Shown here piece by piece: positions 22,701 to 36,200 of a stretch of 64,000 nt of DNA (position 1 is the first letter of the stretch; the number at the start of each line of letters is the position of its first letter). Source of the DNA: Antedon mediterranea (Eukaryota > Animalia > Echinodermata); assembly GCF_964355755.1 (NCBI RefSeq), contig NC_092677.1, positions 1,696,101 to 1,760,100 of the forward strand. Direction: 5' to 3'. The notes under the pieces are model-generated. The model had not been told where the DNA came from, ran no database searches, and saw nothing but the letters and a program-made list of their open reading frames with translations. The translations under genes were made by a program, and so were the position numbers.

Positions 22701-25700
22701 GTCCACTTTAATAGGGGTGTTCCTGAATAAGGGTGTCCACATAAAAGCTTGTCCCCTGAATAGGGGTGTCACCTTAATAGGGGTTTCCACTTAATCCCAA
22801 ACTGCTTTATAAATCATTCATTTAAATTTTAAATTAACACTTTGTTTAATTATAATTAATTAAAAAATAGTTTAGATTTATTTAATTTTTTTCCAAGGGA
22901 AATCAGATTTTTTTTAAATCTCATAAAACATACAACACAATTTTAGTGTAAAGAAATGGAAAACATGAAAATAATTATTTACACAGACTGCACTCTTTGA
23001 TAAAAATTAAATGTTTATCAAAAAAATACAATGCAAGGAAATTAAAATGACAGATTTAAAAAGAAATATCATCATGGAAACTATATTGCCTATCATTTAG
23101 CAAAATGAACATAATCAGTCAATTGCGTCAAATGCATTGATAGTACTGAGGAATGCAGAGCTATGAATTAGTGGTTGAATTATACGCTAGTTTGTTTTAG
23201 AGGAAAAGCCCAATTATAAGAAATGTTAGTCAGCATCCTCTCTTCCATCACAACCCATAATATTCATTCATTGTAGCAAGAAAAAAATGCGGCTCTGTAT
23301 TTGTTGTGTTAGGGACCGTGTTCTTGTGATGTTTACATCCGTGATTCTTCTGCAGTAATCACATTATTCATGTGATTATTATTCTATTCCGTCATGAGCA
23401 CATGATTCAATGAAATGAAAAACTAGTTTCTTTTATTGTTGATTATTTATTTGATTTATTTGATTTTATTGATTTATTTTACACTTTATGGGTTTACTGC
23501 AGTAAACTATTTAGTTACACACAACATTCATATGTTTTTACTGCAGTAAATTATTTAGTTACATACAACATTCATATGTTTTTACTGCAGTAAATTATTT
23601 TTGGTACACACATAATTCATATGTTTACTGCAGTACTTATTTAGTTACACACAAAATTCATGTGTTCACTACAGTAACTTATAGTTACACACAAAATGCA
23701 TGTGTTTACTGCAGTAAATTGTTAGTAAAATGTATGTGTTTTAAGTTACTTTATAGCTAATCCCTTTTTTAGCATTGTTCATGTTTAATTAGTCCTTCAT
23801 ATTTTCTTGAATTAATATTTTTGATTGTTCAATTGTTTCATTTTAATAGTTCAAAGGATAAAAATATCTTTAAATTTGATGCAATATATCTTTACCTTCA
23901 ACTTTAACGGTGATGACTTCACTCACAACTGAGCCATAGGAATTACTCGCATTGCATTGATATTGTCCAATGTCGTATACTGATATGGCTAGAAAGAAAG
24001 AAAACAATTTTTATATCTATCATTCTTCTTCATTGTGTTCTACTCCTACTCTCTCCACCCACTATTCTATTCAGTAATATAAATACAGATAGGCCTAATA
24101 ATATCTTGAATTTTGGTTGAATTTAAAAGTTTGTTTTGTCTTTTTATAAGTAAATAATTTTTATTTCATGATTAACTTTATTAAAACTACAAAATTGCCT
24201 ATTCAAAACATAATTTTATTAATCTTCATTTTTCATGTTTTTTGGGGACAATCTTTCAGAGTAGAGGTGTTTTATGTCTCAAATGTGGATATAATGAACT
24301 AATGCAGTCACTGATAAGACCTGCTTCCTGCTAAGTCTATGTCTACACATTGTACTTTCATTTCCATTTTCATGCCTATTTTTTTTATGGCCCTGTTTTT
24401 TTATAAAGCAAAAGATTTAAAACATTAATAAAAAAGACATTAAAACACTTACATTACAACAAAACTTCAAAATCACAATACTAAGACAGACAATATTTAC
24501 AATGTTTTAAAAAGGAGTTTAAAATTAAATTAAAGGGATAAAATGTACAGTAATTGTTCAAAATGTAGTCTTATTAAATGATGTTTCCATTTTCAAGCCT
24601 ATTTTTTAATTTATTTTTTTTTATGGCCCTGTTTGTTTATAGCAAAAGAATAAAAAAGACATTAAAAAACTTACAATAAAACCAATAAAATCACAATTAA
24701 GACAGACAATGAAATTGAAATATGAAATTGAAATATATATTTATACTGGGTAACCTCTTCAGTCAAAGACAAAGGAGTGTCAAATTAAAGGGATAAAATG
24801 TACAGTAATTGTTCAAACCACGTTTTAATATATTCTTATTAAATGTTGATTGTTATGGGGACTCTTCTACTAAGAGGACATTTCCGGTGGAAGGAACAAG
24901 GGGAAATATAGTATTTGAACACTATGGCCAAGCCCAGGCAAACCCCATGGCCAAGCCCAGGCAAACCCCATGGCCAAGCCCAGGCAAACCCCTTATAAGA
25001 AGACACTTTTAATTTAATTCACTGTAATTGAGGAACAATTTATTAACTGATGTTTTTTTCGTTTAGTGTCAAAAAACGTTCTTAATAGGAGTTCTTCTAA
25101 TAAAGTTAGTTATATTCTGTAAAACTTAAAAGACTACAAAATTATACTTAATATACAGGTCATTAATTTTATATGACCAATTATTACCAACTAATTTAAC
25201 TAATGACCTTAATGAAATGACGGAAATACTAACAAGACTTGATAAGAATTGCTTTAATACTTTGTTAGTGTTTTTAATCTGATATCTGTCATTTAATTTC
25301 TCACTTTCCTTTTTCCATTAGGACTTTCTTTTTGTTAGTTGGATTAAGGTTGTTTTAATATTAATCTTGATGTAGTTTGCCTGACACCCTTCCCCTATTC
25401 ATTCAATATGATCCTGGAGGTGATTTTTTTTTGTAGATAAGTTGGGGACTCCTTATGTGAAAGACAGCCGAACTACTTCTTAAATTTAACTAAACCTAAC
25501 ACTCTAAATAATCTCTTCTCTCATAATAAAGTAAAAAGAAGTTGGTTATTTGGATTCGAACCCCATACATCAACATGCAAAGTTCATATTATAATCCACT
25601 CAACTACACAGACGGCTCCACGGAAAGCATTTGCCTTAGCGAATTGTAGTTAGATCAATTCTTACGTCACACCATATGGATATGACTAATAAATATTGAT

Positions 25701-28170
25701 GTTTATTTGTAAATTTTCATGAGGGGTCCCTAACTTACATATAAAAAGAAATATCGCGTCCTGGAGAAAAAACTATTTGTTTATTTTAGAATGTATTTTA
25801 TAACATTAGTAATTGCATAGCCTTAAGTTAATTGTAGTTGTAGTAAATAGATTTAAATGCAATTCCTGTTTGTTCTTCCAGCACTATATTTGGAACAGAA
25901 TGCAAATTAAATTATAAATTGCTAATAAAACACTTCCTTGCAAAGTTGTAGATACTCTGCCAACAAAAGAAATAAATGCATAATAAAACATAGGTTTAAT
26001 TTATTTATTTCTAAAAAATAGTTTATATTTAGGATTTTGTGGTTTAGTTTTGTAACATTATTTTTTTCTACCCGTTAATTTTTGCATACATCTTCAAATT
26101 CATTAGGTAATACAACTTTTAGTGCAAAAGTATTATATTAAGCTAGGCCTTAAGTATTGTACTTACATTTGAAATTAAGAACACCACCAACCATGTCCAC
26201 ATTGTTGGTATATCCAAGCTGTCTGCTATCCTTAAGCCAGTATATCGCTGGTGCTGGGTGGCTATTAGCTGTACACGTTAACGTTATGTTATCGCCTGTT
26301 TTTGCAGCTACTGTTCTCCTAGATAGGGATGTAAATGTTGGACCATCTGCAAATGAATTTATAACAATTTGGATTAACTTTTTTCCCGGATACTTAAGCT
26401 TTGTCTACACTATCAAACTTTATGTGATGTGCTCATATATGGACAAGATGATGTCATATCACTACCATATTTAAGCATATCACAACCATATTTTGACACA
26501 TCACTTTTTTTTTGTCAAACTAGACCTTGGATTCTGTTATCAAAGACAATAATTTGTAACTGAAACTCACAATATACTTGAACGTTGAATGAGCATTCTG
26601 CAGCAGCTCCGGTGGCATCTGTAACCCTGGCAACAAACTTTCCTTGTATTTTTTTCACTACTGTCGTAATCAATAAACTATTGGGTCCAATAATGAAATG
26701 TGAGGGCGCTGGATCTCTTAACATCTGTAAACAATGAAATACATCTTATGTTTTTGTTTATTTCAATATTTGGCAATCAATTCTTTTTAAAAAATTAATT
26801 TTTTATTTTATTTGTTTATTGTTTATAATTATCATTTTTTAGTAATAATAGTATGCTAGTGAGACCTTTATGTGTTCTACCGTAATAATTCTTACCGAGA
26901 TTAATTGTCCATTAAAAGTCCATTTGTAAGTGACAGGATTGGCTGCACCAATGACAGGACAAGTTAATGTAACATTGGTTGCCCCTTCTAAGACATCTAT
27001 GTTTTGTTTTGCAACTACGCCCAGCGTAAAACCTGAAATACAAATAAAGTATAAACTTAATTTAATGGTTGCTTAAAAAGTTGTATTAATGTCCAGTAAT
27101 CCAGTAGGGAGAAGAACAAAAATTGATAATTAAATATTATTTATTTCAATATTTATGTATAGTGATAGCCAGATGACTACCATTCAAACTTTACCTAATA
27201 AGGGAAACACTGAAAATTTAAAAAATCTTCAATTGAATAGAATTTAATGGAAATACTTAAATAATATATTGAGTTAACGGAAATACTTAATATTCAAAGG
27301 AAATATTTCACTTAAGTGCGATTGGTGAATACGGCCACAGGATTGTTTTAAAGATGGGAACACATAATACTATTTATAGTCTGTCAAAAACAGATACCAA
27401 AAAGTAGTTTTTTCAGTTTAGCTGTCAATTCATGTCTGTAGCGCAACCCTTTGTCCCTCACCCTTGTATCCGCCTCTCTGCCCACTATTAATATCCTGTG
27501 ACCTTTTTGAAAATGTTGTCATCAATAAAGTATGGAACACGAGCCAAAATGTCTAAATGCAATTAAAATACGCGGTCAAACTTTGACCCATTGAACTGAA
27601 TCACTAATGATGATTCAGACACTAGTCAGGCTATGCCAAGTCTTTCTCTAAAAATAGAAGTCAATTATTTAGGGAAAGAAATCTGTTTAAAATATGACAA
27701 AAGTACACAACATTAATGATTTTATAATATAAAACAAGAATATATTTTTATGAATTTGAACATGAATTTAAAATTAAAACATTCAGTACAATACAATTGA
27801 ATACAAATATATTAAGCTGAAATGGTAAATTACTAAAAACCTACATGACCTAGTCTAGAGCCTAGTAGGGATTAGTTTTTGTGTAAATTATCAACATTAT
27901 TGTTATAACTCTATCTACCCTAGGCCTACCCCCTAGGCCTATGCCGAACTGCTCTGCCCTCCCCCATCAATGATTGAAAAGGGTAGATGAACTAACTTCT
28001 TTTCCGATTTGATTTCCGCAAAATAGAAGAACTCTCAGAAGAGTAGGCGTAACTCCTAAAACACAGAAAAGTTAATATTTTAAAATAGTTTTAAAAGTTC
28101 ACTTACCATTGGTTACTCCTAAGTTAATAAAAAGAATAGTCAGGAACATTTGAAGTGATTCTACAAACAT
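10739..28170 (-). CDS. Immunoglobulin-superfamily type I membrane protein: signal peptide, 6 Ig, 1 FN3, TM, about 190-aa cytoplasmic tail
   Basis: Exons 28107-28170 (MFVESLQMFLTILFINLGVTN), 26896-27032, 26571-26724, 26167-26346, 23896-23988, 21570-21685, 20820-21000, 20234-20358, 19533-19686, about 18848-18985 (donor uncertain), 17553-17701, 16900-17051, 13312-13429, 12932-13101, 12070-12193, 11742-11876 (TM IIILGSVLCLFLCLIVIGFFYFY) and 10739-11280. Each Ig domain is split over two exons. Ig motifs: DIGQYQC, DAGTYRC, DHGTYSC, DRGNYTC, DSAIYSC. FN3 motif: ITNLEPISKYELNIWASNKLG. Confidence 0.85.
12404..12932. repeat. About 45-50 bp minisatellite (about 11 units) abutting the FN3 exon donor
   Basis: Unit CTTTACTATG(ACATG)TAACCTAGTAAAGATTCTAACCTGTTTACCAAAG. 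Confidence 0.93.
13482..14542. mobile_element. Non-autonomous DNA transposon with 5-bp TSD (hAT5-like)
   Basis: Left end CAGGCCCGTAGCCAGG; right end CCTGGCTACGGCCCTG. It is flanked by ATACC at 13477-13481 and 14543-14547, and has G/C-run subterminal repeats (CGAACCCCCC). Confidence 0.8.
14598..16854. mobile_element. Non-autonomous Mutator/MULE-like transposon with 9-bp TSD
   Basis: TSD AAGTGTTAG at 14589-14597 and 16855-16863. The long imperfect TIRs are built from (T)GCGAGGCA repeats (GGGTAGTAACAAAGTGCGAGGCAGCGAGGCA versus TGCCTCGCTGCCTCGCACTTTGTCAACACTC). Confidence 0.85.
21031..21312. mobile_element. Directly abutting tandem pair of the 150-bp MITE
   Basis: The junction ACAGAGCTTTAAGATCTGTCTACACTATCAAAC lies at about 21159-21191. 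Confidence 0.8.
21746..22505. repeat. 40-bp minisatellite, 19 near-perfect units
   Basis: Unit CCCTGACCCAACAAGGTTGGACAGTGGTATG(A/G)ATATTTAC. ACCCAACAAG recurs every 40 bp from 21751 to 22471. Confidence 0.97.
22510..22795. repeat. Degenerate GTCCCCTGAATAGGGG repeats (probable subterminal region of a decayed MITE)
   Basis: About 12 imperfect copies. A similar motif occurs at about 56395-56420. Confidence 0.6.
23493..23725. repeat. Degenerate 41-44 bp tandem repeat (about 5.5 units)
   Basis: TTTACTGCAGTAAATTATTTAGTTACACACAACATTCATATG repeated. Confidence 0.85.
24360..24818. repeat. Diverged direct duplication, period about 225-260 bp
   Basis: TTTCCATTTTCA.GCCTATTTTT...AAGACAGACAAT...AAATTAAAGGGATAAAATGTACAGTAATTGTTCAAA occurs twice. 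The second copy contains a SINE tail. Confidence 0.75.
24924..24992. repeat. 23-bp tandem repeat x3
   Basis: ATGGCCAAGCCCAGGCAAACCCC x3. Confidence 0.9.
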
Positions 28171-29418
28171 AGTAACCGATTAATTATGACGTTTTCCTTT
28201 AGAATAAAAATGACCACCAGCAGAACAGCCAGCCCAACAGCAACTTCGCGAAAAAAGTTTACTCAAAATGTTTTTGATCATGAAAATATTGAGGGCGCTA
28301 TACTTTAAAACTTTTATTTCCTTTTGAAAATATAATTGTCGGAACTTCTAAATTGATTTTAATCCATTTCGATATTACGTGACTTCCGTAACTATTTATC
28401 TAAAAATATTGGTAAATCTATTCAAACACCTTAATCCGTGCGTGTGTACGTTATCTTGGAATAAATCCAATGACTATATAGTTTTCGTAACACAGTTTAT
28501 AGCATTGACTTTGATAATGCATAAAAAAAAGCAAAAATACCTCGTGAATGTACAATGTTTGCATTGATAGTACTAAACCAATTAGATAAACTATGTGTAT
28601 ATATATACATAATCAGTATTAATCAACGTCGAATGCATAATCTAATTATTCTGTTATCGCTACACGTTGCTTGTATCCTCTTCGTAAGCCCACATTTATA
28701 TTCCACTAGTTATTGGTGTCACACTCTTTGAAACAAAGAACCTAGCTTAATTATAACCTATTAACATTTTTTTTTTATTGTAGGTCTACGTTTACGTATA
28801 CTTATTCTTCTCTATCAGTAGGCACCTATGATATTTTATTCAATAACTTTTAAAAACTTCTGGAAAAACTATACTTAATTGCATTTACTGTTGCTTTATA
28901 ACATACCTTTATTACCATTTATATATAAATTGCATTGCTCTCAAAATTTAAAATAGGCATATAGACCTCTATTTTCCCAGTTTGGGTTTGGTTTCCACAT
29001 GGACGCAATTTGACCAATCACGACGCAATGGATCATCCAACTGTCGCTTGTGATTGGTCAACTTATTTGCTTTGTGCTTACGTCGTTGCGTTCATAAGTG
29101 GAAACCAAGCGTTATAATAACTAGTAATATGTTTATTTTACACCGAAAGAAAACAAAAGGAAATTTGCATATTATTCTATAAATTGCATTGATGCTGCAC
29201 TTAAAGCTCTGTCTACACTAGTAACTAGTTTGAAAAAAAGTGTGATGTGCCCAAATATGGTAGTGGTATGACATCATCGTGTCCAAAAATGGGCACATCA
29301 CTTTTTTTGTCACATAAAGTTTGATAGTATAGACGTTTGAAGTTCCACCATGAGAAACCGTCGTGCGTGCTTAGATACAACGCACAGGACATTGTTTGTA
29401 TTGGTACTCATGGATTAT

Positions 29419-32400
29419 CTATCTCTTCAATCTCATTGCCAGAGCCGCGATTCCTAATAGAATAATTATCCAAGCGAAACTTGAGATGAAGCCCATGTAC
29501 ACTGAAAAGAACGTTATGTTCCAACCTGGAAATGAAAGCAAAATATCAATTAGTGAAATGAAAAGTGAATGAAACAACATAATTCGGCTAAAAATTATTA
29601 GTTTAACGGTATTTAAATTAGACTTTAGAAGAAGCATTGTTTGCTTTGGAGGCTCAACCTGAGAGTGAAATATTTCGTTTTTGTATTTTTCTTTTTTTTC
29701 TTTGTATATGGCCGAAATTGAATAAATAACAAAAATAAAATTCGTTTTATATTGTGTGAACCCTAACCCCTAGGGAAGAGTTTAATTTGTTTAAGTGAAT
29801 ATTCTTTTTTAACTCACCTCGTCCTAAAATTCCCCTCAGCGCTTCTACAGCATACGACTGTGGCATAATCAGGCAAAAATATCTGAATGGATACGGAATG
29901 CCTTCAAGTGGCCAAATGATACCTTAAACATAAAAAAAAACCGAATACAGTAATCTTTAGACATTATCGGGACCAAGCGTGGTCACCAATATCATAATAT
30001 TGTGCATTAAACCACACTCAGAATAAGCAGCGGCACTGTACCTAATTTGTCCCGTATCATAGGCGGCAAATTAATAATGTAATACATTGTCATGTCATGC
30101 AGTACAGAGAATCGAGTTCTCACGTCGGTTAGGAGGCGCGCAATTTTCCAAACGCATTTAATATTATCATCATTATCTTACATTATGAAAACAATTAACA
30201 ATAGGCCTATGTCTTTTATCTTTTATTATTTTACTTACCACTCAGTAATGTCAGTGGGAAGAATGAACCAAGCGAGGCCTGCATAGCAACTACTTCGTTG
30301 TCACTGATGGATGAGATGAGCATGCCAAAGCCCATACCAACGATACCTTGCATCAGGGCTAGGACGACCACTAGTAATAAGGAACCTTCATTCGCAATCT
30401 ACAATCGATAACATGAAAATGGATTTGTGTTTATAAACGTTATTCGTAGGAAGATGTACACAATTCTTCACATTTATTCAGAAATATATATATTTACATA
30501 CAATATTGCAGGGGTCTTACAGATAACTACAGTGAAATTTTAAAAGGTAGTTTCGGGTTTGAGAATATACTTGATGATAAAGTCGAACAACTGAAAGAAG
30601 TATGTACAGAAATATTATTAAAGTATTAATTGCGCAAGCGTAAAAAAGTCTTTTGAATATGTTGATGATTAAAAAAAAGTGCGTCCAATACAAGAAAATA
30701 ACTCAGTACTGGTCGATACCGAAAAATAAAGAATCTCTATAATGCTGATATATAATAGGCTTATATTTATCTATAGACCTTCTAAAATAGTGCCGCTTGA
30801 TGATGTATTGAATGCACATACATATACTACAAGAAAATAATAGACTTACATCAAAGACGGACAGAATAAAGACAAGTACGACTGTAGTTTGTACCGTCAT
30901 CACAATGAATTGTACGAATGCATGTGATATGACCACCTCTAACGCACTCACACCTGTAAAATACAACAATGATCATAAAGCTGCGTTCACACTAGGACGA
31001 AAAGCTGCGTTTACACTACATGACGCAAAGCTTTACGTTCACACTAGGACGCAAAACTACGTTCACAGTGAGGCCGAATTTGGTTCGTTGGCCAGAGAAA
31101 CTCCGAGCTACGTATGTTACATCACACAAGGAATCGTGAATGCATTAGTGTGAACGGTTGTATACCTCAACATACTTTTATCACGATTTTTTGTTTCTGA
31201 CCACACCGGTACGGATTCAATAGGCCTACTTGGTCTTTGGATCATCCCACTAGGGCGCAAATAAGTAGGCCTAGCCTATACTCGTCAAAAGAGCTGACTT
31301 ACCAGCTACCCATGCTCGATCCAGCAAACCTTCCTTACGTTCCACCACAAACGTCACACTTGTTAGCGAAACAGCCAAGAAAAATATAATACTAAAATAA
31401 AAAAATAATTACAAATATATTTGTGTATAATAACAAGTAAAATAAAAAAGAAATAGTATATCAAATATATCTTTACATCAAAGAGTGTATGTGTTTAATG
31501 TCTTTTTAAGCTCTGTTTACACTATCATATCAAATAGTAGTAATATGATGATATCGTGTCCATATAATGGGCACATCACAGTTTGATATTTTATACAGAG
31601 CTTTATATTCATCCATTCCGATCCTTATTACTGACATTCATTAGTTTACGCCCGATCTGTCTTAATTTGTTTTACCTTATTTCTTAACTCCCGATTTGTC
31701 TTCATTCGTTTTATTATTAGCCTATCGTACTTTTATTTCTTTTTCACTACATGACTTTTGTATTGTTTTCAGTATCTTACCAGGCAATTATACCAGGTGC
31801 CATAAAATCACGAAAATTCGTGCTGTCGTCTCCAAATATCGGATCATCAAACTGATATGGAAAAGAGTATAAAGAGAATAGCATAAGTACACAGGCATCG
31901 CCTTTTTTTTAATAATGGAAAATTGAATAAACGTGTACGTTACTGCACCTCACAAGTCATACATTTAACCCATTTTGAAATAGACTTACTACTAATGGAA
32001 CTTGGACTGTTGCCGGATTTATCATCGGATATTGTTGTACAAGATCCTCAAGGAATCTCTGAAATAAAGAATAAGAATATTTATCCAATAAATCCAAGAA
32101 TAGAAAACTATGAATAGGAAAACAATCGAGAGAAGAAACATCCTCAAACTGTTTCGTCAATGTACGCGCGTTTGCGTCAAATGTTTGACGTACTGAAGGC
32201 CAACGCGTTACAACTATTTTATTTTATACCATTAATTAATTAATGTGTTTACCTCAAAGGCGTCAGATATCCGTAATTGAAGAGTTAAGTAAACTTGCTG
32301 ATCTGTAATGAATAATTTAAATGTTAAAAATGTTATTTCACCTGATTACATTTCATTGTGAAGTTTAAACAAAAAAACTTCGTTTGTCAGTCGGTTGATC

Positions 32401-33165
32401 GTCGTGGTATTTCCTCGCTCATTCGACCTTATGGTCTTTCAGCGCTAACGTCTTCATAATATTTCCATGAATTCGTTATTTATTTCAACTTACTTGTTTG
32501 ATCCAACCGTACATATATTGTACTTCCGCTGACCGTGTCGTTATCTATATTCCCAGAAAATCTATAGAAAAAAGTATATTTCCAAATAAGTTTTTGTCGA
32601 TATTATAGGCAACGATAAGTTGTTTTCATGGAGCCGTATAAGACCTAATCCGACTTTCATAAGTTGACAGTTAAAGAGAACCATTATATAATATACATTT
32701 CTTACATTACCTCTCTATTAAATAGTAGCTGTAATTACTCGGAATGTCAATGGTACCCCATTCATTGCCTGCCTTAGCACTCGCAACGGCTACCGATATA
32801 TTTTCCTTTGGATGCTAAAATCGGAAACGTCAAAATAAAGCATTGTTATTTTATTTAATACTAGACTGATACCAGTAATTATTATTCATTCTCGTAATCA
32901 TTAGAAATGTTTGTATTGTATATGTTGGCTGGATAGGAGTGCTTCCTGTAGATTCGCGTTTGGGCAATTCTGCCTGGTTGTGTTTTTTCACTTGTCAATG
33001 TGTTGAATTGCATTTGTTATGTAACATTTTAAAGGCAAAATAATTAAAATGAAATAATCGTCTCTCTCAGTAATTATTGTCGTCTTTATATTAATTAAGA
33101 TGGCTCTTTAAAATCCTGACGAAATTCATGGTTTAATCATGCATCAATATCATAATAATCCTCTG

Positions 33166-33200
<35 letters not shown>

Positions 33201-36200
33201 GTCGTCGTTCTCAATCTCACTTTCAAATAATTTTTGTTTTCATTGTAATTACTTGTATGATTGTATTGTTATCCAAATTCCACAGGAACTGCTGTCCAAA
33301 TTGTAGCGGTGTCGTGTCGCCGTTCACAGTCGCCATCGCCAGGTCAGTAGGGTCATTCCCAATACAGACACAGAACAGACAGGCTTGAATCAACGGTACC
33401 AGAAAACTGAAGAACAGTCCCCTATTGAAACAAAAGTGTTGTATTTTTGTATATAGTATCTGATTAGGTGGTGCTCTTTCACTCACAACATAAACAGTTC
33501 AATTTAACCAAAAATTCATTGTCTGACAGACAATTTGACTATGTTTTGCTTTAAATTACACTTTTCTCAGGTAAATAATTTTTGTTTACCCAATTGTTTG
33601 TCAAAGTAACTATTATGAGACATTAAAATGGCATATTCAAAACAAAAAAGGTAAAATTTTTTCGTCGTGTTTAAATAAATCTTGGCTCTTAGATTTAAAA
33701 AGAAGTCTTACATTGGGTTTCGGATTAACTTGATCATGTCTTTAAACACCATTGCGGTCACTATGGTCAGCCGAGGTCCACTACAACAGGACGATGAACT
33801 GGATGAACTCTTCCCAGTTTCTAAAAAGAGGAACCAGAATTAGGTAACTTTCTAACTTCTTATAAAACAGAGGGAGCAGGAAGTCACATTAATAAAACAC
33901 CTGATTTGTACTGGAGAAAGAATTACTGATAGCCTGCCATTAAGATAGATTTTATAATCTTATTAGGATAATATTAATAAAATCTAACTTGTATTGTGGC
34001 CTAACAATGACGTCCTCTCATCCGGTTCTGTCATCACCGCATCCTCTTCATCGCATTTTGAACTATTGGTGATTCCATTTTGAAAGGAGATTACCTCTTC
34101 CTTCTCCGTCTGTTTTGCAGAGTTTTTACCATCGTCAATTTTGACAATTAGATCGGCGGAAGCCTAAGATCATTTAAAGAACAATCGTGAAAATATATTG
34201 TTCGTTATATTTCGCTGAGGAAGTTACCGTGCAAGTGTTATATTCAAAACGTATTTTCGTTAACTTTGACGATTTTCCTACGCATTTAGACGATGGATTT
34301 GCTAGATTTAAAATAAATAAATAAAGGTACCTCTTCATTTTCAGCAGTAACTTCTCTCATACACAGTTTTAGGAAAACCTCTTCAAGACTCTGAGAAAAT
34401 ATAATGCATTTGTAAGTAAGTAGTCACGTAGACATTTATTGCAAATTGCAAATAGGTGAAATATGCGTAGGTTCACTCTTATACTAGCCACGAAGGGATG
34501 GTTGTATCCTGAAATTCAAGATTCAAGATTTGACTTTCCTTTGGCATATTCTACATATTGAAATACATACAAAACATACAAATGCAGATACAATTTGTAC
34601 AAATACAAGTTAGTAAAATTGTTCAAACCTTAACAAATTGAAAATTATTATAATCTGAATCTGATTCAAATATTTGTTACAGAAATTACAAATGCATACT
34701 TACGTTTAACCGATGATGTGCGATAAGTTCCAATGGTGGCGATTCGGACAGCAGTACACCATTCCTCATTAAACCAACCTTATATACAATTTATAAAATT
34801 AGTGATATTGAAAAAAAACGGTATTATTGATAAACATTTATCTTTGTTAATAATGAATAATATTATAAAATAATTAGGCTGATTTATGAATAAGGTTGAT
34901 CGCGAGGAACGTCGTTGCACAATTCATGATGGAAGGGTTTGAGAGAAAACGACGCGTACGTACGTACAATCAATAAATCACGTACGTCGTGACGTTTGCT
35001 CCCAAATCCTTCACACCATGCGTCGCGTACGCTATTTGCCATAAACCTTATTTTATACGTCGTATATACGAGTTATTCTTACGATATGTGCCTGCTTCGC
35101 CTCTTCTATGTAATGAGTTGTTATAATGATGGTTGTTTCCCCTCCTCTCGCAATATCACCAAGATGCTCCCATATTCTATAGAAAATATTATTATTATTA
35201 TTATTACAAATCCAATGAAAATGTTTAATTTGATACACAATGATACCCACCACCCATTGTATATGTAAAGCACTGTCTACTCTATCAAACTTTATGTGAA
35301 AAAAAAATGTGATGTGCCCATATAATAAACATGTCACATCATTACCATATTTCGGGGTACCACTACCAAATTAGTTTGATAGTGAAGACAGAGCGTTATA
35401 TGTCTTACTTCATCCTAAGTAAAGGATCAACTCCAACGGTTGGCTCATCCAGAATGAGAAGCGGAGGCGAGTGCAGCAGAGCCACAGCAAATGAAACTCG
35501 TCTTTTCTGTCCTCCACTGAAGGAAGAAGAAACAAGTTGTATTATTCCATTTTTTTTTACGAAAAGCAATCTCGCAACTATACTTTGAATGTTATGATTT
35601 AATAGGCCTATTTACAAAAAAAAGGATAAAACATGCTTTTTTAAATTATTCAATAAAACAACATTTGGTTGTTTTAAGTACCATTTTTATTGCTTTTCGA
35701 TCGATTGGGTCAACAAAAATGAAAACTTCTCTTCTTTACTTTTACAATAAATAAGTATAAACCTTAAGTTTCCGACGATGGATTTTGCTGGCGGTAGTCT
35801 CAACAAGTCAATTAGGAAGTCTCGTTGTTTTACTATCTCATCACTTTTCATTCCGTGCAAAATTCCAAAGTATTTCATGGTTTCTTTGATGCTAAATTCA
35901 CCATAAAGCGCAGTTTCCTAAAAATGATCAGAAGAAATGTGTGATATATGTCTACTCTGTAACTCTAATAAAGAGTTACTTCGCGGTGTGTTGAGTTAAT
36001 TTTAAAATACTTTTAAATTTCCAAGTAATATAAGATATAATAAGTTTACTTCTAAAAATTATGAAAAGTAAGCTTTCCCACTATAGAACGCAACGTAAAG
36101 TCGTACACGCCAATAATTGACCAATCACAAGCGACGGATTATCCTAACTGTGATTCAAATAGCTTCAGTTGCGTTTACACACGTTCGATATGTAAAACAC

